Shown: in pieces, positions 38,873 to 50,635 of the stretch
Position numbering within the stretch: the stretch's first letter is position 1
Layout: every line of letters starts with the position of its first letter
NCBI GenBank assembly: GCA_009859145.1
Contig: VRVR01000046.1
Location: 184,064-248,063, forward strand
Direction of reading: 5' to 3'
Length of the DNA stretch: 64,000 nt
From: Andalucia godoyi And28
Taxonomy: Eukaryota > Protista > Jakobida
Notes under the pieces: model-generated
The model's database searches: none
What the model saw: the letters and a program-made list of their open reading frames with translations, nothing else
Told to the model about the DNA's origin: nothing
Program-made: the position numbers and the translations under genes

Positions 38873-41420
38873 ATGGTGTCGAATCCTATTCCGCGCAACG
38901 TTTCGGCGGTTCGGTACAATATTCATCTTATTCCTGATCTTGAGGCGTTTGTCTTTCGTGGCGAAGTGGAGATTGAGTTGGAGGTTGTGGAGCATTCGTC
39001 GCAGATTGTGCTGAATGCTGCAGAGCTGACGTTTGAATCGGCGTTCGTGGACTCGGTGGCCGTGAAGGCGATTGATACCGATGTAAAAGAGTCGACCGTG
39101 ACATTCGTGCTGGAAAAGGCCCTGGAAAAAGGCGCAAAATCGATGATTCGCATCGTGTATTCGGGGATTTTGAACGACAGAATGCAGGGATTCTACCGCT
39201 CAAAGTACACGCTGAATGGACAGACGCGGTATATGGGCGTTACGCAGTTTGAGGACACGGACTTCCGCCGGGCAGTGCCTTCGCAGGATCATCCGTTATA
39301 CAAGGCAACGTTCGTCGTTCGCATGACAGTGCCTTCGGACCGCACGTGCCTGTCCAACATGCCAATCAAATCGAGCCGTCCTGTGGAGGGTGGAAAGCTG
39401 ACGTATTATGAGTTTGAGGAAACACCACGAATCTCGACGTATCTTGTCGCATGGGCTGTTGGTGACTGTGACTACGTGGAGCGGGTTGCAGAAAACGGAG
39501 TCAAGGTTCGTGTGTATACGCCGGTTGGAGATTCCAAGCGCGGACAGTTTGCGCTTGATGTTGCATGCAAGGGATTGGTGTTTTTCGAAGAATTCTTCGG
39601 AATCAAGTACTATGTGCCAAAGATGGACCTGCTGTCGGTTGCTTCGTTCGCAATGGGTGCGATGGAAAATGTCTCGCTGATTACGTTTCGGGAAACCGCG
39701 CTCCTGTGCGACGAGTCGAGTTCGCTGACGGTTCGTCAGTGGGTTGCGTTGGTTGTCCTGCACGAGCTTGGCCACATGTGGTTCGGAAACTACGTGACGA
39801 TGGCCGACTGGAACGGTCTGTGGCTGAATGAAGGTTTTGCGACTTGGGCTGAGTATTTGGCATGCGACCACCTGTTCCCCGAATGGAACATCTTCCGCCA
39901 GTTTGTCACTCTCGACTACGCCAATGCCCTCCGACTGGCTGCGTTGGAAAACGCGCACCCTGTGGATGTGGAAATCACAAAAGAAGTCCAAGTCAAGGAA
40001 ATCTTCGATGCCATTTCGTATTCTTGGGTGTGCCTTGATCCGCATGTTGAACTACGTTCTGGGTCCCGAGGTCTTCCGCGATGGAATTCGTAGCTATCTG
40101 AAGAAGTTTGCATGGTCGAACGCCCAGACGGATGATCTTTGGCAGTCCTTGAGCGACGTTTCCGGTCTGAATGTTCTCGATATCATGAACACATGGGCGC
40201 GCAAGACCGGCTATCCAGTCGTCAAGGTTCTTGCAGAAGAGGACCGTGGTGCGCAGGGCCACAAGTGTTGGAGATGCCAGCAAACTCGTTTCTTGTCCTC
40301 TGGAAAGACGTTTGACGACAGTGATGCGGACCAGAACCCGACGTGGAACATTCCCGTTGCACGAGGAAAGGTTGTTTCGGGACGCGAATTTACCGTTGAT
40401 GCTCCGAATTCGGGCAAGCTGAACGAAGGTCAGCACTGTATTTTCAGAGTCCTGTACACGGAGGATCAGTGGCGGCAGCTGATCAGGAGCGTTGGTGCTT
40501 TGTCCGACCCGCTTGATCGGTGGGCTCTCGGAAACGATGCTTTTACGCTGTCCAAAGCTGGCATGTTGAAGCCGGAAATCGCATTGGAAATGGTTGCCGC
40601 TCTCGGGCGGGCGGAGGAAGCGGACATTGCTGTCTGGTCAGAAGTCACGAGCGCATTCAGTTCCTTCATGGGTCTTTTGTCTGGGTCTTCTGCTCTCCCT
40701 GCGCTGGAGAAGCTCATCAAGAAGACTTTGAAGCCCGCGTTTGATCGTGTTGGATTTGCGCCGAAGGCGGGCGAGCCCACCTCGGATGCCCTCACGAGAT
40801 CATCCCTTCTTGGTCTTTTGTGCATCGTGCAAGACGAGGAGACGATCGAGACGTGCAAGCATTTGTTTGAAAATCGTGCAACCACCCCAGTCCACCCGGA
40901 TTTGCGCAGCGCCGTGTACGGAACTATGGTTCGGTCTTTCGGCGAAGTGGATGCGCTCCTGAAGATCTTGAAGGAGTCGACTCAACAGGAGGAGCAAGTC
41001 CGTTGCATCCGCGGCTTTGGCTGCACTCGCGATGTGGCGGTCATGAACCGTGTTCTTGACTTTGCTCTCGACGAGGACATTGTCCGTTCGCAGGATATCT
41101 ACTACTTGGTGAACACAGTTGCAACGGAATCAGCCGCTGGCCGCAGCGTCGCGTGGAGCTGGATCAAGAAGAACTGGCCTGAGATGGTCCGTCGCTACGG
41201 AGAGAGCGGATCCCTTCTCGGCCGAGTTATCCAGGGCTCCTTGTCCGGGTCCACAGACGATTCTCTGCGTCAGGACCTCGCTGCATTCATCGAAGCACAC
41301 CCTCTTGAATCCATCCACCGCACGATGAAGCAAACTCTGGAAGCCATGGAGTCCAACGTCCGCTGGAAGGCCCGTGACTACGATGCTGTTGCTTCCTGGT
41401 TGGCGAAGACCGTTCAGTAG
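38873..41420 (+). pseudogene. NPEPPS: M1 puromycin-sensitive aminopeptidase with a single frameshift at about 40025 (pseudogene, assembly error or recoding)
   Basis: Frame 1 carries GFYRSKY, TQFE, GAMEN, HELGH-x18-E and DAISYS. Frame 2 resumes GCALIRML...YLKKFAWSNAQTDDLW and the ERAP1-like C-terminus. Confidence 0.88.
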
Positions 41421-41468
41421 TAGCAGTAGCAGTAGCAGTAGCAGTAGCAGTAGCAGTAGCAGTAGTAA
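41418..41468 (+). repeat. (TAGCAG)n hexamer repeat beginning at the aminopeptidase stop codon
   Basis: Direct reading: tag tag cag tag cag...tag taa. Confidence 0.95.
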
Positions 41469-41862
41469 AGCAGGAAATGCTACATGCAAAGGGCAGTCGT
41501 TTTCTTTTGTGTATTGCATGCTGCGCACAGGACTTTTCTTCTCGCTGCATTTCCTAAGCGATCTCGTCGGAAAACACAGTCTTCATGCTGCACCCCTCAG
41601 ACGCCAAACCACGAATCCAATCATTCCAATCACGAAACAAGACACAAAGAACAAATAAAATTTACGAGTTTTGCAAGCACGCATGCTTCTATGTCTCAGC
41701 GAATTCGGGAGATACTAAAGAAAACAATAATAATAATATTTCAGAGAAAAAAGGACGGGTGGGTGGAGGAGGAGAGTAAAACCAAAGAATAAATGTGCAA
41801 ATCCAATCATGACACTACCTGCTAACAATCTCAACGACAAGAATCATTAACAGGCACAGCAC

Positions 41863-42714
41863 CTATACAATGTTGCAGTAGTCGACGACTGCTACTGGAT
41901 CCTTTGCCGGGGCGAGTTTCCTTGGAGAAGGTGGGACGTTCATTCCCAGCGCAGACATTCGCAGAGCAGCTCGGGCCCAGTCCTTGCCTTTTGTCATCGC
42001 AAGCCGGACAACCACGACGTAGACGAGTCCGCCAAGCAAGTCCACAAAATAGTGGTGCTCCAGGTACATTGCAGCCCACCAAACTATCGCAGCATAACAT
42101 CCAACCCAAAATCGCAGTGCTCGATTGACAGTGAGCGTCGCCACGATTGGCCATGCGGCATGCAACGACGGAAACGATCCAAAGACGATTGGCGACTTCT
42201 CATACGTCGCTGCAAAGAACCTCGCATTGAGCATATTGTCGACCCGCGAGAGCCCGGCGGGATTCCCTGATTCTGCATACGACGGCTGTGTGTACTGGTA
42301 CAACTCAAGCCACCATGGAGGTGCCGTCGGAAACACGAGGTGCGTCATCACCGCGATGAGCGACACCGAGCCGAAGAACACTGCAAAAAACGGGACATGG
42401 GTCTTCCTTCCGTCCTTGCACAGATGCAGAATGCACAGGAACGGAAGCAGCGCATGCATTGCATAGACGAGTGCTGCCAGGATATCATGAGGTGTCGATG
42501 TGTACGCCGATGCCCAGCGGTGCGGCAGCCCTTGGAAAAGCACCGTCTCTACAAACGGCAGTGTGGACACATCCACCGAAGGCCGGATCGAGCACGGCAA
42601 AAACGGCGATAGCTGGAACAGCAGGTACCACAACACAACCGGCACAAAAGAAGCAAGCAGCGGGTACGACGCAGCAACAGGCTTCGCGCAGCCGTTCACG
42701 TTCGGCCACAACAT
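41863..42714 (-). CDS. AUR1: Inositol phosphorylceramide synthase, AUR1-like (PAP2 superfamily)
   Basis: FPTAPPWW, GNPAGLSRVD, FGSFPSLHAAW (catalytic His), MYLEHHYFVDLLGG (His/Asp); multiple TM helices. Confidence 0.88.
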   Translation of the reverse strand: MLWPNVNGCAKPVAASYPLLASFVPVVLWYLLFQLSPFLPCSIRPSVDVSTLPFVETVLFQGLPHRWASAYTSTPHDILAALVYAMHALLPFLCILHLCKDGRKTHVPFFAVFFGSVSLIAVMTHLVFPTAPPWWLELYQYTQPSYAESGNPAGLSRVDNMLNARFFAATYEKSPIVFGSFPSLHAAWPIVATLTVNRALRFWVGCYAAIVWWAAMYLEHHYFVDLLGGLVYVVVVRLAMTKGKDWARAALRMSALGMNVPPSPRKLAPAKDPVAVVDYCNIV

Positions 42715-43225
42715 TGCACAACAAAAAAAAGCAGGATCAGAAAGAAAAAAACTGGATTAAACAAACACACTCAGTCAGTCACGCACAGACACGCACGCAG
42801 ACACGCGAAGAGAGTCGATTGGTTTGTGTGGACGGTCCGCTTCAATTTCAATTACACGATACTCCTTGCATCCGAAGCAGAATTTGATGCGGACGATGAC
42901 GACGACAACAACGACGACGACGCACAAGGATTTAGGGGTAAAATATAAATGAAAAGCGCAAAAAGCAGAATAAAAATAAAAATAAAAAGGTAAGTAGAAT
43001 CGTCAAGTCCGTGTCAAGTAGAAAATAACACAGCAAAGAAATCGTGTTGTTTTATTAAGGGCGCAAAATGAAAGGAAACATTGAGAGAATAAAAGGAAAG
43101 AGCAGGCAGGCAGGGTTAAGAGGGTTAGGACGGAAACGGGGATTTCGGGAAATCGGGAATGGCAACTCGGCCCGATTCGGCTTCCACCTCGTGCTTGATC
43201 TATGCATGAATCTTTTACAACGGGT

Positions 43226-43299
43226 GGTGGCGATGATGAAAGTGAGCAGAATTTACGCCTACATTGTACGCTAACCTCGGATGATCATCGCTGATCACC
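43226..43299 (+). ncRNA. Candidate box C/D snoRNA or hairpin RNA
   Basis: Box C ATGATGA at 43233-39, box D CTGA at 43291-94, terminal stem GGTGG/TCACC. Confidence 0.3.
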
Positions 43300-43815
43300 C
43301 ATCATCAATGCTGCAACCCAACAACATGCATAGCATGATTGGGAAGGGGGAGGCCCGAACACGCCCCTCGGCATGAGAGACGTTCCTAAGATAGATGTAG
43401 ATGTTGCGCGCGCCGTTCCAGTCGCGGTCGAGATGTTATGAGTCTTGCGCAGCGTTGCGGGCGTGATGTACATGCTGCGCTGCATGGACAATAAAAATAA
43501 AAATAAAGAAATGAAATGAGCGTCGCTGTGCAAGAGTGCAACGCGGTGGCGTGCTTATATAGGGATTTCATGATCAAAATGGGACGAAACGAATCGGGCA
43601 TGGTATGACGGGGTTGTTAAGATACCGTAACAAACGCATGCGCATGGCGCGTGGCAGTGTTCTTTGTTTGCGTGCGCTTTAGATTGCTTCGTCATGTCGC
43701 AATAGGCAGCAGCGGTACCATTTCTTTCGTTTTCCGAGGCATTTTTTCGTGTTAATTTTTGAAAAAAGTATATTTCAAAATTAAAATTAAAATGTTTGTA
43801 AATACCTTTTTTTAA

Positions 43816-46062
43816 TTAACGCTTCTGCAAAAAGGATGAAAACCACTCGGTTCCACGCTGTCCCACGACGTTTTCCACAAACGAGAATGTTGAGCTTTTT
43901 TGTTGTTGTTGTTGTTGTTGCTGCTGCTGCTGTAGTTGAGCCTGTTGGTGCTGTGCGAATCGTGCGGCCCGTTCCTTTTCCCGGGGATCCGAGACAGGAA
44001 GGTACGGGATTCTTGCAGATGGTGGGCAGAATATCGCAAGGGATTCCGTCTGACTCGGGAGCGGCGGTTCATCCTTGGTGTGCGCAATGATGGATGCAGC
44101 GATGTCCGCAATGCTCGGAGACAGGATCCCAAGAGTTGATGCATGCTGTGCAAGATACTTGGCGGCATGTAGGATGATCAAAGGCTCGTTTGTGCCAAGC
44201 GACACCGGATCAAGCTTGGAAGCAGGCCATGCCGCATGGGGAATTGACACGCGCGAGGAAGGATCCGCACACAAGATTGCCACGCACTGTAAATCCAAAG
44301 TAAACTGAAGAAGGGCTGCATCTGAATAAGACGAAGACGAAGAGGCAGAGGTGGACTGCAAGCACCAGTTCTCCGTCGACGAAAAGAAATCCATAAAGCG
44401 AGTCCAGATGAGATTAGAAAGTCCTGAAATCAAAATTAACAACAAGTTGTAGCCTTCTCGAGAGACCACTTCTTGGACGGCTGTGTGGAGAAACGAGCTT
44501 AGAGCGCGGGAAATAGCAGTCGGTGCTCCTTTCTCGTGGTGTGGTTCTTCCACGACAAGAGAAATGTATCTTGCAAGAAATGAGTCGAGGAGCGCAGAAA
44601 AGACAGACAGCCGCTGCTGGATGAACCTGTCTTCCAAGTCCGCAATCTGCGGCTCGACAGGAGGAACGATGCGTCCTTCGCTCTTTGCAACAATGAAATT
44701 CACAAATGTCCGCAATTGATAAATAATCTGATCCAACGGCATTTTCAGCTTTGTCTGCGCCAGCTTTGTCGTTTCCAGCGCAGTCCACTGTGGAAGAACC
44801 TCGCTTAGGTGCATGGAGGCCGTCTCCAAAAGGCGCTCTGCACGAAGCGTGTTAAGAGACCGGTAGCGCGTGACAAGAACCTTTAGACTCGACAAATCCA
44901 GAGTATCTACCCCGACACACACTACATGGTCCTCCAACACATCGGTTGCACGATTGAGTTCCACGGAGACGGACTTGATAGTACGAAGGGAGGCGTCTGC
45001 AAGCGAATGAATTCGAGGATCTCGCAGAAATTCCTGGACGGCGCGAACTTCGTGATCCAGTTGCGAAACGTGCCTTACCGACTGCTTCCAATGCGCAACC
45101 AGCCCGTCTTCAAAGACTCTCTGTGCAACAGAAACGTCCAAGAGAAGAGGAAATCGCGGCGAAGTCAAAGGCGGGGACACGGAGGGCGACGCGAGAGCAG
45201 CATCCGATGCACCCGCACCTGCAACAATCCGCTCGGAGTCAATATACATGGAGAGTAGCATGTAAATTCGTTCTTGCACCGAGAAAGCAGTCGCCTGAAG
45301 CTGTTCCATGCGCATGCGCACCAGAATGTTCGCCACAAGCTCGGCGGAGTTTCTCGAATTCCATGCACGGAGAGCAGCACTCGCCGACGTGCTAAAAGAC
45401 CCGGATGCAGGTGGCGGCGACGACGACGTTGAAGAAGAAGAAGAAATCGTCTCGACGAGCGCCAGAAACACGAGTCTCTTTTGGAGGTCTGGCAGAGTGT
45501 ACTCCAACTTTGCAACAGCAGTTCGCCACAATGTTGCAGCCCATCGTTTGGCATCCGCCATGAACTGTCTCAGTTTTCTCGCAAGCAAAGGGTCGGATGC
45601 TTTCATAGAGCGTGAAAGCGCAGCGTGCGATTCCAAGACAGACATCACAATCTTGCACGCGGCCTCATAGTTTTGCGCCTCGACGGCTTTCCACAGCCTG
45701 GAGCACGACTGCAGAACAGTTTCTATATTTTCCTTTTCGGACAGTGACAAGCCTGCATGGTCCGGCTTCTGTTTCTGTTCTTCCAATGTCCTCATCGTTG
45801 TCGCAGCGGTCGCAGCGGTGGTAGTAGCAGCAGAGGAATGCTCGACGGTTTTTAAAAGGCGATCTAAATGCGTCTGTGTAACGGAAAGCGCGGTTCGCAT
45901 GCTTGACAGCACATCTGTGGCTTCCAGCAAATCGTGGTAGCGGTTCGAAACAAGCCCGCGAAGCTCATGCTGCTTTTGCGAGAGTTCGCGAGATGTTTTG
46001 AGTTCCAATTCTCGGATGTCCGCCAAAGACTGTGTTTGAAACAGCAAATCGACATCCGCCAT
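43816..46062 (-). CDS. COG1: Conserved oligomeric Golgi complex subunit 1
   Basis: Vps51-type N-terminus DLLFQTQSLADIRELE...KQHELRGLVSNRYHDLLEATD; C-terminal LQFTLDLQ, LDPVSL and ARIPYLPVS match the COG1 pattern. Confidence 0.8.
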   Translation of the reverse strand: MADVDLLFQTQSLADIRELELKTSRELSQKQHELRGLVSNRYHDLLEATDVLSSMRTALSVTQTHLDRLLKTVEHSSAATTTAATAATTMRTLEEQKQKPDHAGLSLSEKENIETVLQSCSRLWKAVEAQNYEAACKIVMSVLESHAALSRSMKASDPLLARKLRQFMADAKRWAATLWRTAVAKLEYTLPDLQKRLVFLALVETISSSSSTSSSPPPASGSFSTSASAALRAWNSRNSAELVANILVRMRMEQLQATAFSVQERIYMLLSMYIDSERIVAGAGASDAALASPSVSPPLTSPRFPLLLDVSVAQRVFEDGLVAHWKQSVRHVSQLDHEVRAVQEFLRDPRIHSLADASLRTIKSVSVELNRATDVLEDHVVCVGVDTLDLSSLKVLVTRYRSLNTLRAERLLETASMHLSEVLPQWTALETTKLAQTKLKMPLDQIIYQLRTFVNFIVAKSEGRIVPPVEPQIADLEDRFIQQRLSVFSALLDSFLARYISLVVEEPHHEKGAPTAISRALSSFLHTAVQEVVSREGYNLLLILISGLSNLIWTRFMDFFSSTENWCLQSTSASSSSSYSDAALLQFTLDLQCVAILCADPSSRVSIPHAAWPASKLDPVSLGTNEPLIILHAAKYLAQHASTLGILSPSIADIAASIIAHTKDEPPLPSQTESLAIFCPPSARIPYLPVSDPREKERAARFAQHQQAQLQQQQQQQQQQQKSSTFSFVENVVGQRGTEWFSSFLQKR

Positions 46063-46070
46063 CTCTGCGC

Positions 46071-46129
<59 letters not shown>
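46071..46129. repeat. (CA)n(CT)n compound microsatellite directly upstream of COG1
   Basis: Direct reading; produces the spurious MCVCVCV N-terminus in the ORF track. Confidence 0.95.
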
Positions 46130-46132
<3 letters not shown>

Positions 46133-46673
46133 GATTCTCGTGTGCTTCCAAATAGCAGTGAAGAAATACACGAAAAAGCTGTGCTTGCGAAGAAGCGTGA
46201 CGAATGAAAACCCGACGACAGAGCGTGCTCCCGTAGTATCAGGTTGATGCTACGGAGTTTTTTTTTGAGGGAAAGAAAAGTTACACGATGCTCGAAGCAC
46301 GTCCATCACACATCAGCACGAATCTGGCGCGAAGCACCTCACACGTCAATTCAACAATTTTCCCTTCTCTGGATTCGCGTCTTCCTCCAATTCAACTGTG
46401 AGCTTTTTTCTGTAACCCCACAATTCCACCTTCATTTTCCGTTTCTTTCTCTTCCTTTCTTTTTTTCTTTTTTCCGTTTCTGCCTCTCCCTCTCCTCTGC
46501 CTCTGCCTCTTCCTCTTTCTTCCCTCTTCCATCTTCATCTTCTTTATTTGCTACCTCACTTCCCGTCCCTTTTCAGAACCCCTACTGTTTCAAAGGAAAG
46601 AAAGAGCGCGAGAGGAAAGAAAAAAAAACAAAAAAACAAAAACGGAAAGAGAGAAAGAAGGAAAGAGAAAAAC

Positions 46674-48509
46674 ATGGATCTTGTTCGTCCTTCCGCGTTT
46701 CGGCCTGTCACTCCAGTTCGCCACTGTCCGTCGTTGCCTGATGTTCTTCTTCGCAGAACTTCGGCACCTGTTTCTTTGACTACATCGCCCACGTCATTCT
46801 CCCATGTGTATTCGTTCAATGCCACCTCGATTCCCTTCACACAGCAGCATCTGCAGCCGCAATCCGATCTTATAGTTCCGTTTACTCCTTGTGAAACTCC
46901 TTGCAAGACTCCATCGCGTGCGTCGTCCAGATCGCCCGTAGCCTCATCCATGTACTGCCATTCGTATCCAGTCACCACGACCTCATTGGTCATTCCAGCG
47001 GCCATTTCGGCGTTCTCGACTCCGACTTCCGTGTCCCCGCTTCAGGGATCTATCCCGCGGTACATGCATTCAAGTTGCAGCGGATTCCCACACAATTCGG
47101 GTCCAACGCTCGTGGCACGTGATCTGCCGTCTCCGGAGAATGACGGAAGGTTTGATTCGGAGCGTGATGCAGAGGCCCAGAACGAGAATGAGCATGAGAG
47201 TGAGAGGGCGTTGCATGATGCAGCTTCACTCGTAATTCGCCATTCCCAGTCGTCGTGTTTTTCGCCGTTTCAGAGAGCGCGACCGTTGTTGCCTGCCTTT
47301 TCGTCCACAGCCGTGGATGTAGTGTCAAAGCCAGTGTCCATTGTGATCCCGAGCACGACTGCTCCAATTCTGCAGAAACCAAGGAAGCTGCCACGAGCGC
47401 GCAATTCTCGAGGATCACATGGATTGCAGCATCGGGATGCAAAGAACGAGAATGATGCTGCCGTCCAGAGTGATGACGAGTCACAGGACACTGTCTACAC
47501 ACATTCTCCGCACCAAATTGTCATTTCCACGCCCCGGACTTCCACAACAGCGGTTGCGTCGAAGAGCGCACGATCGTCGAAGGGACCCGGCACCCGTGGA
47601 ATCCGTCTTCCTGTGGAAATGCGAACTGCATTGTCACCTTCCCCTCTGCAGACTCCGATGAGTAGCAGCGCCAGCACCAGCAGCAGGCAGCGCCCGATGC
47701 ATGTTTCCGTTTCCGTTTCCGTGCCGTCCTATCCAAATGAGAGCAGCATTAGCATCGGGCATTTGAGCAGTAGCATGACGATGAACGAAGACGATTCTCC
47801 CAATTCCGCGTCAGGTCGGCGTCATGCTGTTGCGTGGTCCGCAGAAGAGGATGCTATTCTGCGCGATTTGATGACGAATCATTCAGGAAAAAAGTGGCGT
47901 GACATCGCACAATTTCTTCCCGGTCGAACTGGAAAGCAGGTCAGGCAAAGGTGGTGTGAGCAGCTGCAAACAACCATCAACCACGGGCCACTTGAACCTG
48001 AAGAGTCGTTGTTTATTGCAAGGAAACACGAGGAGATGGGAAATCGCTGGGCTGAGATCGCGAGAAAGCTGAATGGTCGCACTGCAAATGCTGTGAAGAA
48101 TCATTGGAACTCTACGCTTCACAAAGTCGTCAAGGGGCTTCAAGAGCAGGGTATTACGCCTGACCAATGGACACTGGATCATTTTGAGAATGTGTATCGG
48201 AAGAAGATCGTTTCCGCGAATACTCCCACCGCGTCCTTTTCAATGTCTTCCTCTCGCAAGCGAGAACTGGGAGACGCCGATCTGTACGACGATGACGACG
48301 ACGACGGCGGCGGCGGCGATGAGGATGGCAATGCCGACGACTGTGGCCTTGATCTGGATGTGGATGGTGAAGACGACGATGGGCAGCAGCGCTCACGCAT
48401 CTCGTCTAAGAGATCAAGACTTGGAAACGACATGTCATCCATCTCTGTTTCCGGAAGTTCGTCTCCAGCCGTTTCTGCGACCAGTTCAAATTCGACCATG
48501 CTGTCTTAG
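46674..48509 (+). CDS. R2R3-type MYB transcription factor with long S/T/P-rich N-terminus
   Basis: [12 protein letters not shown]...[22 protein letters not shown]...[40 protein letters not shown]. Confidence 0.93.
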   Translation: MDLVRPSAFRPVTPVRHCPSLPDVLLRRTSAPVSLTTSPTSFSHVYSFNATSIPFTQQHLQPQSDLIVPFTPCETPCKTPSRASSRSPVASSMYCHSYPVTTTSLVIPAAISAFSTPTSVSPLQGSIPRYMHSSCSGFPHNSGPTLVARDLPSPENDGRFDSERDAEAQNENEHESERALHDAASLVIRHSQSSCFSPFQRARPLLPAFSSTAVDVVSKPVSIVIPSTTAPILQKPRKLPRARNSRGSHGLQHRDAKNENDAAVQSDDESQDTVYTHSPHQIVISTPRTSTTAVASKSARSSKGPGTRGIRLPVEMRTALSPSPLQTPMSSSASTSSRQRPMHVSVSVSVPSYPNESSISIGHLSSSMTMNEDDSPNSASGRRHAVAWSAEEDAILRDLMTNHSGKKWRDIAQFLPGRTGKQVRQRWCEQLQTTINHGPLEPEESLFIARKHEEMGNRWAEIARKLNGRTANAVKNHWNSTLHKVVKGLQEQGITPDQWTLDHFENVYRKKIVSANTPTASFSMSSSRKRELGDADLYDDDDDDGGGGDEDGNADDCGLDLDVDGEDDDGQQRSRISSKRSRLGNDMSSISVSGSSSPAVSATSSNSTMLS

Positions 48510-49360
48510 TGCTTCGGCCGTAATCCATGCAACTCCGCCCTGCTCTGCAAACTGATTGCCAGAAAGGGGTCTTTATTTCTTTTTTCTTTGAATTTTTTTA
48601 TATTGTTCGACGTCTTCTTCTTCGTCTTCTGCTGCTGCCTCGTGTTTCCAAGTCGTTAGCCTTGTTTCTTTTTGGTCGAGTCTTTGTATCCTATTCTCTT
48701 TTTGGTATTTACATGTCATCTTGTACATTTCAAGATTGTTTTATATATATATATATACATATATATTTCTTTTTCCCTATTCGTCATAAAAGGAAAATCT
48801 TTCTTTGACCGCTCGCCAAAACATGAAAATCATTATTAATCATCGGGCCAAGCTGTGTCACCGACGACAGATCCAATTTGGGGCGAGCACCACCTCTTCC
48901 ATGCAGATTGCTCTGCATCAAAGGGTCATCGCTTCTTCTTGTTACTCTCCGCCTCCGACGAGAGGGGATCAACGGGCTTCTTGGTTCTCGGCATCTTCAG
49001 GCATGGCCGGTGTGAGTTTGTTGGGAAGATCCCTCTTTGGAGCCATGAGATGTGCTTTGTCTTTGTCTCTGATGAAAGGTGCTGCTTGAGGGCTCGATTA
49101 CATAAAGCACAAACAAACAGAAAATAATAGAAAGACAGAAAAAAGGGTGAAGATTGAAGAAATTCTAGACTTGACCACGGTAGGAAAACCGTGTTGTTGG
49201 ATGTACAATGTTGATGCACAAAAAACGGGCAGCCGTTTATTGTTGCTCTCTGTGGACGAGTCCTCTGCAAAAACTTGAAATGCATCCAATTTGCAGTTTT
49301 CTTTCTCTTCTTCTTCTGTCTGCATTCCCATGTGTTGCATTCCTGCGGAACATCAAGTCA

Positions 49361-50635
49361 ATGAAGCGATTTCTCATTCCAGACGCTGAGAAGGCAGCGA
49401 AAACAGCGAGGCTCGCGCAGCAGTCTGTGTGGCAGATCGCGGAGAACGAGTCGCTTCTGATTGGCAAGTTCAAGAGCCCATCACCGAGCAGAAAGATTGC
49501 TGCGTTTGATTTTGACGGAACACTTTCTGTGACAAAGAGCGGCAAGAGTTTTGCAATCAACGGCGAAGATGCCAAACTGTGGAATCCTGCCATTACAGAC
49601 AAGATCCGTGATCTTCATAGCCAAGCCTTTGTATGCCCGCTTTTCTGTATTCTCTCCGTTTTCTCTCTTCTCTTCTTCATCAAAGAGTGAACTAATTGTG
49701 ATTGGCACCATGCATAGACGTTTGTTATATTTTCAAATCAAAAAGGAATCGAAAAGAAGAAGACGACCGTGGAAGATGTCGAGTCCAGGATAACGATCAT
49801 TCTGGACCAAATTGGCGTTCCGTGCTATGTTTTCTGCGCGTGTTCCGACTCAAAGTACCGCAAACCGAGTCCCGGAATGTGGCTGCATTTCGTGGAGCAG
49901 GAGATGGAGATGCAGCTGCGTGACATTGACTATGAGGCCAGCTTCTTTTGCGGCGATGCCGGTGGTCGACACAAGCCGGCTTTCAGCGATTTCTCCGACT
50001 CTGACCGAAAATTTGCTTTGAATTGCAACCTGAAATTCCACACCCCGGAAGAGTTCTTCCTCTCCAAATCAGTTGCGCCGTTTTCTCTCAAGGGTGTTGA
50101 TCCGCGGCAGCTCATGAGCTCGACGGTGTCTCAGCCAGTCTCCTTCACAGCCTCCAAAACGCCCGAGCTCGTCATCCTTGTTGGATATCCAGGCTGCGGA
50201 AAGACCAGTTTTGCAAAAAAGCATCTTTCGAGCTATGTGTACGTTAATCTGGACACCTTGAAGTCGAAGCCAAAGTGCGTCAAAGCTGCTGCGGAGGCTC
50301 TTTCCGCGAGCCGTTCCTGTGTGATTGACGCCACGCACCCGTCCCGAGCGGACCGAGCTCCATACATCCAGATTGCCCAGTCTGCAAATGTTCCTGTGCG
50401 GTGTGTCGTGTTCAAAGCTTCAAGAGAACTGGCCGCACACTTGAATGCGTTCCGAACCTTCACCGGCTCCGACCGGTCCCTCGTTCCAGAAATCGCCTAC
50501 CGAAGTTTCGAGAGCCGTCTTGAATCTCCGCTCCTCTCCGAAGGGTTTTCGGCCATTGTCGAAGTTCCCTTTGTATTTGACGCAGATCTTGTCAATGACG
50601 ATTGTCGTACCTACCTCACAAGCTTTCTCGTGTGA
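49361..50635 (+). CDS. PNKP: Bifunctional polynucleotide kinase/3'-phosphatase; join(49361..49630,49718..50635)
   Basis: HAD motif AAFDFDGTL; splicing restores FVIFSNQ; YRKPSPGMW; FFCGDAGGR; DFSDSDRKFA; P-loop GYPGCGKT. No FHA domain. Confidence 0.95.
49631..49717 (+). other. Spliceosomal intron (87 nt, phase 0)
   Basis: GTATGC...ACTAAT (49691-96)...CATAG; removal restores the conserved VIFSNQ motif in frame. Confidence 0.92.

Noticed and set aside
43285-43485. 66-aa minus-strand ORF (MQRSMYITP...) upstream of AUR1
   Set aside because: No motif and atypical composition; overlaps the hairpin/snoRNA candidate; insufficient support.
48835-49000. In-frame TGA in a minus-strand frame (KKKR*PFDAEQ) as possible selenocysteine
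   Set aside because: No redox motif context, no recognisable selenoprotein family and no SECIS seen.
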